A DNA stretch of 64,000 bases from Paragordius varius (taxonomy: Eukaryota > Animalia > Nematomorpha), in assembly GCA_964247055.1 (NCBI GenBank), contig OZ176058.1:4588001-4652000 (forward strand), read 5' to 3'. Shown piece by piece: positions 46,801-57,485 of the stretch; position 1 is the first letter of the stretch; the number at the start of each line of letters is the position of its first letter. The notes beneath the pieces are model-generated. The model did not search any database. It worked only from the letters and a program-made list of their open reading frames with translations, and had not been told where the DNA came from. A program made the translations under genes and the position numbers.

Positions 46801-49800
46801 ATTTTGTCCGTATCTTTTTACATTTTGTCCGTATATTTTTACATTTGGTCCGTATCTTTTTACATTTTGTCAATAGTATATTTTTACATTTGGTCCGTAT
46901 ATTTTTACATTTTGTCAATAGTATATTTTTACATTTTGTCAATAGTATCTTTTTACATTTTGTCCGTATCTTTTTACATTTTGTCTGTATCTTTTTACAT
47001 TTTGTCTGTATCTTTTTACATTTTGTCCGTATCTTTTTACATTTTGTCCGTATATTTTTACATTTTGTCCGTATCTTTTTACATTTTGTCCGTATATTTT
47101 TACATTTTGTCAATAGTATATTTTGACATTTTGTCCGTATATTTTTACATTTTGTCCGTATATTTTATTTTGTCTGTATATTTTTACATTTTGTCAATAG
47201 TATCTTTTTACATTTTGTCCGTATATTTTTACATTTTGTCAATAGTATATTTTTACATTTTGTCCGTATCTTTTTACATTTTGTCCGTATCTTTTTACAT
47301 TTTGTCAATAGTATATTTTTACATTTTGTCAATAGTATCTTTTTACATTTTGTCTGTATCTTTTTACATTTTGTCAATAGTATCTTTTTACATTTTGTCC
47401 GTATATTTTTACATTTTGTCCGTATCTTTTTACATTTTGTCCGTATCTTTTTACATTTTGTCCGTATCTTTTTACATTTTGTCAATAGTATATTTTTACA
47501 TTTTGTCAATAGTATATTTTTACATTTTGTCAATAGTATATTTTTACATTTTGTCAATAGTATATTTTTACATTTTGTCAATAGTATATTTTTACATTTT
47601 GTCAATAGTATATTTTTACATTTTGTCCGTATATTTTTACATTTTGTCCGTATCTTTTTACATTTTGTCAATAGTATATTTTTACATTTTGTCAATAGTA
47701 TCTTTTTACATTTTGTCAATAGTATCTTTTTACATTTTGTCTGTATCTTTTTACATTTTGTCAATATATTTTTACATTTTGTCAATAGTATATTTTTACA
47801 TTTTGTCCGTATCTTTTTACATTTTGTCCGTATCTTTTTACATTTTGTCAATAGTATATTTTTACATTTTGTCAATAGTATATTTTTACATTTTGTCCGT
47901 ATCTTTTTACATTTTGTCAATAGTATATTTTTACATTTTGTCCGTATCTTTTTACATTTTGTCAATAGTATATTTTTACATTTTGTCAATAGTATCTTTT
48001 TACATTTTGTCAATAGTATATTTTTACATTTTGTCAATAGTATCTTTTTACATTTTGTCCGTATCTTTTTACATTTTGTCCGTATCTTTTTACATTTTGT
48101 CCGTATCTTTTTACATTTTGTCCGTATCTTTTTACATTTTGTCCGTATATTTTTACATTTTGTCCGTATCTTTTTACATTTTGTCCGTATCTTTTTACAT
48201 TTTGTCCGTATCTTTTTACATTTTGTCCGTATCTTTTCACATTTTGTCCGTATCTTTTTACATTTTGTCCGTATATTTTTACATTTTGTCCGTATCTTTT
48301 TACATTTTGTCCGTATCTTTTTACATTTTGTCCGTATCTTTTTACATTTTGTCAATAGTATCTTTTTACATTTTGTCCGTATCTTTTTACATTTTGTCCG
48401 TATCTTTTTACATTTTGTCCGTATCTTTTTACATTTTGTCCGTATCTTTTTACATTTTGTCCGTATCTTTTTACATTTTGTCCGTATCTTTTTACATTTT
48501 GTCCGTATCTTTTTACATTTTGTCCGTATATTTTTACATTTTGTCCGTATCTTTTTACATTTTGTCAATAGTATATTTTTACATTTTGTCAATAGTATCT
48601 TTTTACATTTTGTCCGTATCTTTTTACATTTTGTCCGTATCTTTTTACATTTTGTCCGTATCTTTTTACATTTTGTCCGTATCTTTTTACATTTTGTCCG
48701 TATCTTTTTACATTTTGTCCGTATATTTTTACATTTTGTCCGTATATTTTTACATTTTGTCCGTATCTTTTTACATTTTGTCCGTATCTTTTTACATTTT
48801 GTCCGTATCTTTTTACATTTTGTCCGTATATTTTTACATTTTGTCTGTATCTTTTTACATTTTGTCCGTATCTTTTTACATTTTGTCCGTATCTTTTTAC
48901 ATTTTGTCCGTATCTTTTTACATTTTGTCCGTATCTTTTTACATTTTGTCAATAGTATCTTTTTACATTTTGTCAATAGTATATTTTTACATTTTGTCAA
49001 TAGTATCTTTTTACATTTTGTCAATAGTATATTTTTACATTTTGTCAATAGTATCTTTTTACATTTTGTCAATAGTATATTTTTACATTTTGTCCGTATC
49101 TTTTTACATTTTGTCAATAGTATATTTTTACATTTTGTCCGTATCTTTTTACATTTTGTCCGTATATTTTTACATTTTGTCTGTATCTTTTTACATTTTG
49201 TCCGTATCTTTTTACATTTTGTCCGTATATTTTTACATTTTGTCCGTATCTTTTTACATTTTGTCCGTATCTTTTTACATTTTGTCCGTATCTTTTTACA
49301 TTTTGTCCGTATCTTTTTACATTTTGTCCGTATCTTTTTACATTTTGTCAATAGTATCTTTTTACATTTTGTCAATAGTATATTTTTACATTTTGTCAAT
49401 AGTATCTTTTTACATTTTGTCAATAGTATATTTTTACATTTTGTCCGTATCTTTTTACATTTTGTCAATAGTATCTTTTTACATTTTGTCAATAGTATAT
49501 TTTTACATTTTGTCAATAGTATATTTTTACATTTTGTCAATAGTATATTTTTACATTTTGTCCGTATCTTTTTACATTTTGTCAATAGTATATTTTTACA
49601 TTTTGTCCGTATCTTTTTACATTTTGTCAATAGTATATTTTTACATTTTGTCCGTATCTTTTTACATTTTGTCAATAGTATCTTTTTACATTTTGTCCGT
49701 ATCTTTTTACATTTTGTCAATAGTATATTTTTACATTTTGTCCGTATCTTTTTACATTTTGTCAATAGTATATTTTTACATTTTGTCCGTATCTTTTTAC

Positions 49801-52800
49801 ATTTTGTCAATAGTATATTTTTACATTTTGTCTGTATCTTTTTACATTTTGTCCGTATCTTTTTACATTTTGTCAATAGTATATTTTTACATTTTGTCAA
49901 TAGTATATTTTTACATTTTGTCAATAGTATCTTTTTACATTTTGTCAATAGTATATTTTTACATTTTGTCAATAGTATATTTTTACATTTTGTCAATAGT
50001 ATCTTTTTACATTTTGTCAATAGTATATTTTTACATTTTGTCAATAGTATATTTTTACATTTTGTCAATAGTATCTTTTTACATTTTGTCTGTATCTTTT
50101 TACATTTTGTCTGTATCTTTTTACATTTTGTCTGTATCTTTTTACATTTTGTCTGTATCTTTTTACATTTTGTCCGTATCTTTTTACATTTTGTCAATAG
50201 TATCTTTTTACATTTTGTCAATAGTATCTTTTTACATTTTGTCCGTATCTTTTTACATTTTGTCCGTATCTTTTTACATTTTGTCAATAGTATATTTTTA
50301 CATTTTGTCAATAGTATATTTTTACATTTTGTCCGTATCTTTTTACATTTTGTCAATAGTATATTTTTACATTTTGTCAATAGTATATTTTTACATTTTG
50401 TCAATAGTATCTTTTTACATTTTGTCAATAGTATATTTTTACATTTTGTCAATAGTATATTTTTACATTTTGTCAATAGTATCTTTTTACATTTTGTCAA
50501 TAGTATCTTTTTACATTTTGTCCGTATCTTTTTACATTTTGTCCGTATCTTTTTACATTTTGTCAATAGTATATTTTTACATTTTGTCAATAGTATATTT
50601 TTACATTTTGTCCGTATCTTTTTACATTTTGTCAATAGTATATTTTTACATTTTGTCAATAGTATCTTTTTACATTTTGTCAATAGTATATTTTTACATT
50701 TTGTCAATAGTATATTTTTACATTTTGTCAATAGTATCTTTTTACATTTTGTCAATAGTATCTTTTTACATTTTGTCAATAGTATATTTTTACATTTTGT
50801 CAATAGTATCTTTTTACATTTTGTCAATAGTATATTTTTACATTTTGTCAATAGTATATTTTTACATTTTGTCAATAGTATCTTTTTACATTTTGTCAAT
50901 AGTATATTTTTACATTTTGTCAATAGTATCTTTTTACATTTTGTCCGTATCTTTTTACATTTTGTCCGTATCTTTTTACATTTTGTCCGTATCTTTTTAC
51001 ATTTTGTCCGTATCTTTTTACATTTTGTCAATAGTATCTTTTTACAGTTTGTCTGTATATTTTTACATTTTGTCTGTATCTTTTTACATTTTGTCCGTAT
51101 CTTTTTACAAATAGTATCTTTTTACATTTTGTCAATAATATCTTTTTACATTTTGTCCGTATCTTTTTACATTTTGTCCGTATCTTTTTACATTTTGTCT
51201 GTATCTTTTTACATTTTGTCTGTATCTTTTTATATTTTGTCCGTATCTTTTTATATTTTGTCCGTATCTTTTTACATTTTGTCTGTATCTTTTTACATTT
51301 TGTCTGTATCTTTTTACATTTTGTCCGTATCTTTTTACATTTTGTCCGTATCTTTTTACATTTTGTCAATAGTATCTTTTTACAGTTTGTCTGTATATTT
51401 TTACATTTTGTCTGTATCTTTTTACATTTTGTCCGTATCTTTTTACAAATAGTATCTTTTTACATTTTGTCAATAATATCTTTTTACATTTTGTCCGTAT
51501 CTTTTTACATTTTGTCCGTATCTTTTTACATTTTGTCTGTATCTTTTTACATTTTGTCTGTATCTTTTTATATTTTGTCCGTATCTTTTTACATTTTGTC
51601 TGTATATTTTTACATTTTGTCAATAGTATCTTTTTACAGTTTGTCTGTATATTTTTACATTTTGTCTGTATCTTTTTACATTTTGTCCGTATCTTTTTAC
51701 ATTTTGTCTGTATCTTTTTATATTTTGTCCGTATCTTTTTACATTTTGTCCGTATCTTTTTACAAATAGTATCTTTTTACATTTTGTCTGTATCTTTTTA
51801 CATTTTGTCCGTATCTTTTTACATTTTGTCCGTATCTTTTTACATTTTGTCTGTATATTTTTACATTTTGTCTGTATCTTTTTACATTTTGTCCGTATCT
51901 TTTTACATTTTGTCTGTATCTTTTTATATTTTGTCCGTATCTTTTTACATTTTGTCCGTATCTTTTTACAAATAGTATCTTTTTACATTTTGTCAATAAT
52001 ATCTTTTTACATTTTGTCCGTATCTTTTTACAAATAGTATCTTTTTACATTTTGTCTGTATCTTTTTACATTTTGTCCGTATCTTTTTACATTTTGTCCG
52101 TATCTTTTTACATTTTGTCAATAGTATCTTTTTACATTTTGTCCGTATCTTTTTACATTTTGTCCGTATCTTTTTACATTTTGTCTGTATCTTTTTACAG
52201 TTTGTCTGTATATTTTTACATTTTGTCTGTATCTTTTTACATTTTGTCCGTATCTTTTTACATTTTGTCTGTATCTTTTTATATTTTGTCTGTATATTTT
52301 TACATTTTGTCCGTATATTTTTACATTTTGTCCGTATCTTTTTACATTTTGTCTGTATCTTTTTACATTTTGTCAATAGTATATTTTTACATTTTGTCCG
52401 TATCTTTTTACATTTTGTCCGTATATTTTTACATTTGTCCGTATATTTTTACACTTTGTCTGTATATTTTTACATTTTGTCCGTATCTTTTTACATTTTG
52501 TCAATAGTATATTTTTACATTTTGTCTGTATCTTTTTACATTTTGTCCGTATATTTTTACATTTTGTCAATAGTATCTTTTTACATTTTGTCCGTATATT
52601 TTTACATTTTGTCCGTATCTTTTTACATTTTGTCAATAGTATATTTTTACATTTTGTCAATAGTATATTTTTACATTTTGTCTGTATCTTTTTACATTTT
52701 GTCTGTATCTTTTTACATTTTGTCCGTATCTTTTTACATTTTGTCCGTATCTTTTTACATTTTGTCCGTATCTTTTTACATTTTGTCAATAGTATATTTT

Positions 52801-54102
52801 TACATTTTGTCAATAGTATATTTTTACATTTTGTCTGTATCTTTTTACATTTTGTCAATAGTATATTTTTACATTTTGTCTGTATATTTTTACATTTGTC
52901 CGTATATTTTTACACTTTGTCTGTATATTTTTACATTTGTCCGTATATTTTTACACTTTGTCTGTATATTTTTACATTTTGTCCGTATCTTTTTACATTT
53001 TGTCCGTATATTTTTACATTTTGTCTGTATCTTTTTACATTTTGTCTGTATCTTTTTACATTTTGTCAATAGTATATTTTTACATTTTGTCCGTATCTTT
53101 TTAATTTCAATTTTTTACTGTGATATTAACTTGTATATAATAAAAAGTGTAAATGGAAAATTAATGTCAAACAGACAAATTGTTATAATAGGCGACAACA
53201 TATTTTTTATAAAAACAGATAAAAACTAAACCATAGTATAAAAACATCAATTCTTTTTTTTCCATTAAACAAAAATTGTTTTAAATCATTTATATCAAAT
53301 ATCAACCATCAAACTGTGATATTATTTAGAAAATCTTAAGAAGGTTTAAAAAAAAGGGTATGGTTTTTATATGAAAAAAATAATTTTCTTTTTTACAGTA
53401 AAAAAAAAGTTTTTTATCATAATTTTTATGGGAAAGGCTTTAAAGTTCAAAGGATTACAACAAATCTAAATAATACTGAAAAAAAAACTATTTTAATAAT
53501 TATTTTTTTATTTTATTACAATATATATAAATTCCAAAGATTTAGAAAATGTATTATTTATTCAGAAAATTTTAGTTTTAATTTTTTAATTTTAATTGAA
53601 AAATTAATAAAGTGTTCAAATATATTTTGTAAGCGGAAACAGTTGTATAATTTTATGTATAATAAAAAAAGTTTATTTACGTTTTTAATTATTCAATCAC
53701 ATATTTCCGTAAAATTTTGGAATAATGGGCTTTAATTTATTTAAACTGATTATATTAATTTTTTATAAAAACTCTAAGTTGATTTAAAAAATTAACATTT
53801 ATTAATTTCAATGCCTTACATTTTTAAAATAAACTATAAAAAATAAAACTCCTATTTATGTAAAAAACCTGCAGATTCTATCAGAACTTCTTCGCCGCCA
53901 GGATGCTAAAAAAGGCTTTATGTAAAATTTATACTTCCTCTTTAAATTTGGTCACATCATAAATTTTATCATGAATTAAAAGCCATAACGAGTCTTCTGT
54001 GTTGTGACTTTCGAATTCTTGCCTTGAAAAATATTTTATAGCATTTTCGTGACTTTCGTTTGAATTTTCCTCTAACTTGGAATGTGATGCTATTTCAACC
54101 AT
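9145..54102 (-). CDS. CYB5: Cytochrome b5, tail-anchored, 157 aa, 474-bp CDS in five exons; join 54102-53935, 53905-53869, 14437-14346, 10584-10517, 9253-9145
   Basis: Spliced translation: [157 protein letters not shown]. Both haem-ligand motifs (HPGG, FEDVGHS) and a C-terminal hydrophobic anchor are present. All four introns are GT-AG with matching phases (0,1,0,2). Confidence 0.93.
9314..9600. mobile_element. Family-A MITE (287 bp) in cytochrome b5 intron 4
   Basis: TA|CAGTAAAAATT ... AAATTTACTG|TA with GACAA subrepeats in both arms. Confidence 0.88.
10058..10380. mobile_element. Family-D MITE with 21-bp subrepeats in its TIRs
   Basis: TA|CCATTTACAGTTCAAATTCACCC ... GGTGAATTTGAACTGTAAATGG|TA; unit CAATTCAAATTCACCCTTGAA occurs 4 times in the left arm and 3 times in the right. 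Confidence 0.85.
10517..10584 (-). CDS. CYB5: Cytochrome b5 exon 4, linker (68 bp)
   Basis: ATATAG acceptor, phase 0; [22 protein letters not shown]; donor AA|GTAAAT; phases fit both neighbouring exons. Confidence 0.8.
11068..11380. mobile_element. Family-A MITE (313 bp) in cytochrome b5 intron 3
   Basis: TA|CAGTAAAAATTGAA ... TTCAATTTTTACTG|TA. Confidence 0.88.
11700..14345. repeat. Degenerate repeat tract built on AAAACCAATTTTAATTCCC (cytochrome b5 exon 3 end plus donor)
   Basis: More than 20 copies by eye (e.g. 12381, 12746, 12931, 13421, 13591, 13738, 14019); a block of about 240 bp is repeated at a 362-bp offset (12181 vs 12543). Confidence 0.8.
14346..14437 (-). CDS. CYB5: Cytochrome b5 exon 3 (92 bp)
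   Basis: TTTATAG acceptor; [30 protein letters not shown]; donor TTG|GTTTTT; an isolated GC-richer island. Confidence 0.95.
14788..15038. mobile_element. Family-A Tc1/mariner-type MITE (251 bp)
   Basis: TA|CAGTAAAAACTGAAATTATACGGACAAAA ... TTTTGTCCGTATAATTTCAATTTTTACTG|TA; TIRs of about 80-90 bp; the right TIR contains an exact satellite monomer. Confidence 0.9.
15217..53120. mobile_element. Family-A MITE whose right TIR contains the satellite (host element)
   Basis: Left TIR CAGTAAAATTTGGAATTATACGGA at 15217. The internal part matches other family-A copies. The right TIR starts AAAAGTATGGTTG (about 15393), runs into the array and resumes after it as TTAATTTCAATTTTTTACTG (53101-53120). The flanking TA dinucleotides are not intact (AA / TG). 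Confidence 0.85.
15425..53102. repeat. Tandem satellite, about 37.7 kb; 21-bp monomer TTTTTACATTTTGTC(T/C)GTAT(C/A) plus a 24-bp variant TTTTTACATTTTGTCAATAGTAT(C/A); roughly 1,700-1,800 monomers estimated from length
   Basis: Continuous head-to-tail monomers with no unique spacers, plus variant domains and higher-order duplications. Confidence 0.99.
53869..53905 (-). CDS. CYB5: Cytochrome b5 exon 2 (37 bp)
   Basis: TTTTAG acceptor; [13 protein letters not shown]; donor CAG|GTTTTT. Confidence 0.95.
53906..53934 (-). other. 29-bp intron 1 of cytochrome b5
   Basis: GTATAAATTTTACATAAAGCCTTTTTTAG; its removal restores KFKEE-HPGG, and read-through hits TAA. Confidence 0.92.
53935..54102 (-). CDS. 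CYB5: Cytochrome b5 exon 1 (168 bp)
   Basis: ATG at 54102-54100; [17 protein letters not shown]; donor GAA|GTATAA. Confidence 0.93.
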
Positions 54103-54706
54103 ATGAGGAACTAATATTAAAATGTGTAAACTTATGAAAATATAAATGATTTTTGAGGTATTCGTTAAGGATTTTACCTTTTAAAATTTTATTTAGAACA
54201 ATACAAATGTAGATATGTATATATATAGTAATATCAGTTATTTTTGGCTTTGGGGTTGGTCCATAAGAGAATATTTACATGTTTGTTGTAATAAACCCAT
54301 ATCTAAAATCCATTATTTGCGTATACCCTGCTAAAAAAACCTTAATTAAAATTATATAATTTGTCGTAATATTAATTAAAACGATAATTTGTAAAGCAAA
54401 GAAACCTAATATTGATTTATTCTTAGATAGGGGTCTTAGGTTTCTAACCCATCTATACTTAAATATGCAAATGCATGATGTGAGGGGTAGAATTTATAAT
54501 TTATGGTTTATGTTAAAAATATAGCAAAAAATATGAAGGGTATCTTAGGGCATTTAAGTAGATAAAAACGGTCGAAAGATTCTTTTGTGGAATTATGGCA
54601 AAAAATTGGATTGCCAGGTGTGTATTATTTCTTCAAAATAAATATAATATGTGCTTGTAAAAATATAATAAGGAAGAACAAATGTTTAGTCAAAATTTTG
54701 AGATAT

Positions 54707-54962
54707 CTATTTCGAGTCTAGTATATGTAAAATCCGATTAAAAGCTCTATAAATTGCTGTAGTTGGATGCGAAAATTCAAGATGACAGTTTTGTATAATA
54801 TGTTTAAGTTCCTTAGTTGTAGATTTCAATTCAATAACAGGATCGTCCCTTTTCTTTAAAGGCTAAACAATGAATATTTTAATCTACACATTACAATTTT
54901 TATACGTAAATAAAAAATTTACTACGGCATAAGTACTCAAAGGCAAGGTCTACTAAATTAAC
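54707..54962 (-). CDS. Candidate last two exons of an unidentified gene (54962-54906, 54862-54707; 43-bp intron)
   Basis: AG/GT-bounded, phase-0, stop-free: VNLVDLAFEYLCRSKFFIY-PLKKRDDPVIELKSTTKELKHIIQNCHLEFSHPTTAIYRAFNRILHILDSK*. No family recognised and no start exon found. Confidence 0.35.
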
Positions 54963-55049
54963 CTATATATCGACATAGAAAGATAGTTGATGTATATTTA
55001 TCTATCACTTTAAGATTAAATTACCTTAATATTTTTAAAATCTATAGCA

Positions 55050-55522
55050 AAATACGATTCCGATTTAAATTTATGCTTCTATCCCAAAATAAATATATAA
55101 ATAAGCCAAAATATCTAAATAGAAAATGGTTATGGAAAAAAAGTTCCGTATCAACCTACTTGGATGCCATTTTTAATAAACATCATTTTTGCAAAATATC
55201 GTGTTATTTGATTCCAAGCCTAAAATAAAGTTTACATTTTCATTCTAAGACATGTAACATTGATATAAACAGAAAAAGCGGTATATTTTGGATATTTTTA
55301 TATTTAGTTTATGCATACATATCATATTGTTTAATATTCTACCTATGGGTTTTACCAAGTAATATTAAGTATTTTTAAATAATTTTTTTATTATATTACG
55401 GTTCATTAATGTTATATAAGTACAAACCTTTGCCATTGTTTTAATTTATTCCATATTTTTCGAAATATTTTATTTTAAACAAGCTAATAATCACTGAAAT
55501 TAATGTGTTGTAATCAAATGTG
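55050..55522 (-). mobile_element. Diverged piggyBac-like copy, reverse orientation, ends eroded
   Basis: Reverse complement aligns by eye with 6307-6889 (AAAACAATGGCAAA, ATATAACATTAATGAACCG, ACCGCTTTTTCTG, AAGCATAAATTTAAAT). Confidence 0.65.
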
Positions 55523-55684
55523 AAATGACACATATTTGTTTAGCTAAATTTATACTAAAGTTAGTAATATCAAGCTATATTGGATGAATGTAATTTTATA
55601 TGTGCGAGATAAATCTTTTATAAATAAGCCTTTAGAAGTATTTAATCATAATTTTTATAAAATATTTAATTAATATGAATATGA

Positions 55685-56783
55685 GATTTAAAAACACCCA
55701 ATTTGAAGAGACTAAATTTGAGTTAGGGTTTTTTAAAATCCAGTGAAGGAAACGGTCCCAATTTAAATTTATGCTCCAATCCTTATATAAATTATATGAA
55801 TATGCCAATATATTTAAATAAAATTTTGTTTTGAAAAAAAAGTTTCATGTCAAACTTTCGACGCCATTATTTTGCAAAATTTTTGCAAATTAACACTTGG
55901 ATACAACACATTCATTTTAGTCCTTCGATTCAAATTGGGGTAGTTAAATACCCCAGGCGTGTTTAAAATTGAATTTTTTAAAAAATATGGAAGGAATCAA
56001 AACCATGGCAAAATTTTGCACTTATATAACATTAATGAGCCGAAATATATAAAAAAATTTATTCAAAAATACTTGATATTACTTATTTTTAGGTAAAACC
56101 TCAAGGTAAAGATTTGTCAACATGACATGTGTGCATTTGCTAAATTAAAAAATAATAAAAAATAAGCCACTTTTCCTGTTTCTATCAATGTTAGATGTGA
56201 TTTAAAAGATAAATTAGCTTTCATTTTAGCTTTAAAATTAAATAAACACGATATCTTGGAAAAATGTTGTGTAATAAAAATGGCGTCCAAGTAGTTTGAT
56301 ATGGAACTTTTTTCTCAAAACCAAATTTTATTTATATATTTCGGCTTATTTATATAATTTTGAATAGGATAGAAGCATAAATTTAAATTGGAACCGTTTC
56401 TTTCAGTACTTATTTAAAAATATCGATTTAAATAGAGTCTGGGGTATTTAGATACCCCAAATTGAATCGAAGTGTTAAATTACATCTAATATTGCTAGAT
56501 ATAGAAACAGCGGTTTATTTTTTAATTCATTACTTTTACCATTGCACGCATGTCACGTTAACTAATTTTTACCTTTTGGTTTTAGCTTAAAATAAGTAAT
56601 ATCATGTATTTTTGAATAAATTTTTTTATATATTTCGGTTTATTAACGTTAAATGTGTCCAAAATTTTGCCATGGTCTGAATTCTTATATTATTTAAAGA
56701 TTTTAATTTTAAACAGGCCTGGGTTATATTACTACCCAATTTTGAATCAAAGGACTGAAATGATTGTGTTGTATATCCCAGTG
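55685..56783 (-). mobile_element. Older piggyBac-like copy in reverse orientation, split by the 55894-56474 insertion
   Basis: 55685-55889 is the reverse complement of the element's right half; 56479-56783 is the reverse complement of its left half, ending GTG|TTAA. Confidence 0.75.
55894..56474 (+). mobile_element. piggyBac-like element (581 bp) nested in an older copy
   Basis: TTAA|CACTTGGATACAACAC ... TTGAATCGAAGTG|TTAA; colinear with 6307-6889. Confidence 0.8.
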
Positions 56784-57193
56784 TTAATTTTTTGCTTATT
56801 ATAGGTGGTTTAAGATAAATTTGTGTATTATTTTTTTGGAGTGCATTTAGCTTTTACCAAAACATATTATTCAAAAAAATGTGATTGAATTTTGACATTT
56901 TTTGATATGGAGCATTTAACACTTAAATTATTTATAAGGTCCAAATCCAAAAGTACATAATGCTGATACCTCTTTTTAAGATATATATTTCATCAGTTTA
57001 TTTTTTGTCGACACGGGTAGATAGATAGATAGATAGTTAGAACAAAGTTTGATAATGAACTTAAGCTAGAAAACTCGTAAACGCCTTGTTTTATTTATAA
57101 TTTACCTTTGCCAAAATTACCTAAATATGCCATCGCTGTTATAAAAAGAAAAGTTCATGATTAATTTATGACCAACTGATCACTACTATATTA

Positions 57194-57485
57194 GTAATGA
57201 AGTTAGAATCGTCGTAAAATAACGCAAAAATGAAAATATAATTTATTAATTCTCAAATTTTCGCCATAGGCATCATCAGGAGATTAGTTAAGAAAAATAT
57301 ATTATAAGAAAATAAAAATTAAAAATTAAATTAAAAAAAAAATTTTAATTTAATTTTTAATTTTTATTTTCTTATAATATATTTTTCTTAACTAATCTCC
57401 TGATGATGCCTATGGCGAAAATTTGAGAATTAATAAATTATATTTTCATTTTTGCGTTATTTTACGACGATTCTAACTTCATTAC
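57194..57485. repeat. Perfect palindrome, two 143-bp arms and a 6-nt A loop
   Basis: 57194-57336 is the exact reverse complement of 57343-57485 by base-by-base reading; the insert is flanked by the direct repeat ACTACTATATTAG (57182-57194, 57517-57529). Confidence 0.95.

Larger units (their letters stand above)
14438..53868 (-). other. Giant intron 2 of cytochrome b5 (39,431 bp), mostly satellite
   Basis: Lies between the phase-1 donor of exon 2 and the phase-1 acceptor of exon 3; no other intact FEDVGHS exon seen between them. Confidence 0.88.

Noticed and set aside
15425-53102. CRISPR array or telomeric repeat
   Set aside because: There are no unique spacers or cas genes and the context is eukaryotic. 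The array is internal, with unique sequence and exons of one gene on both sides.
15389-53229. Dozens of giant ORFs (up to 2,076 aa; [21 protein letters not shown] repeats)
   Set aside because: Monomers of 21 and 24 bp are multiples of three and lack stops in several frames. The ORFs overlap on both strands, switch frame at 20-bp variants, and lie inside an intron.
53808-53833. FKNVRH* as the functional cytochrome b5 exon 3
   Set aside because: It is too short before the motif, has an in-frame stop, and a perfect exon exists at 14346-14437.
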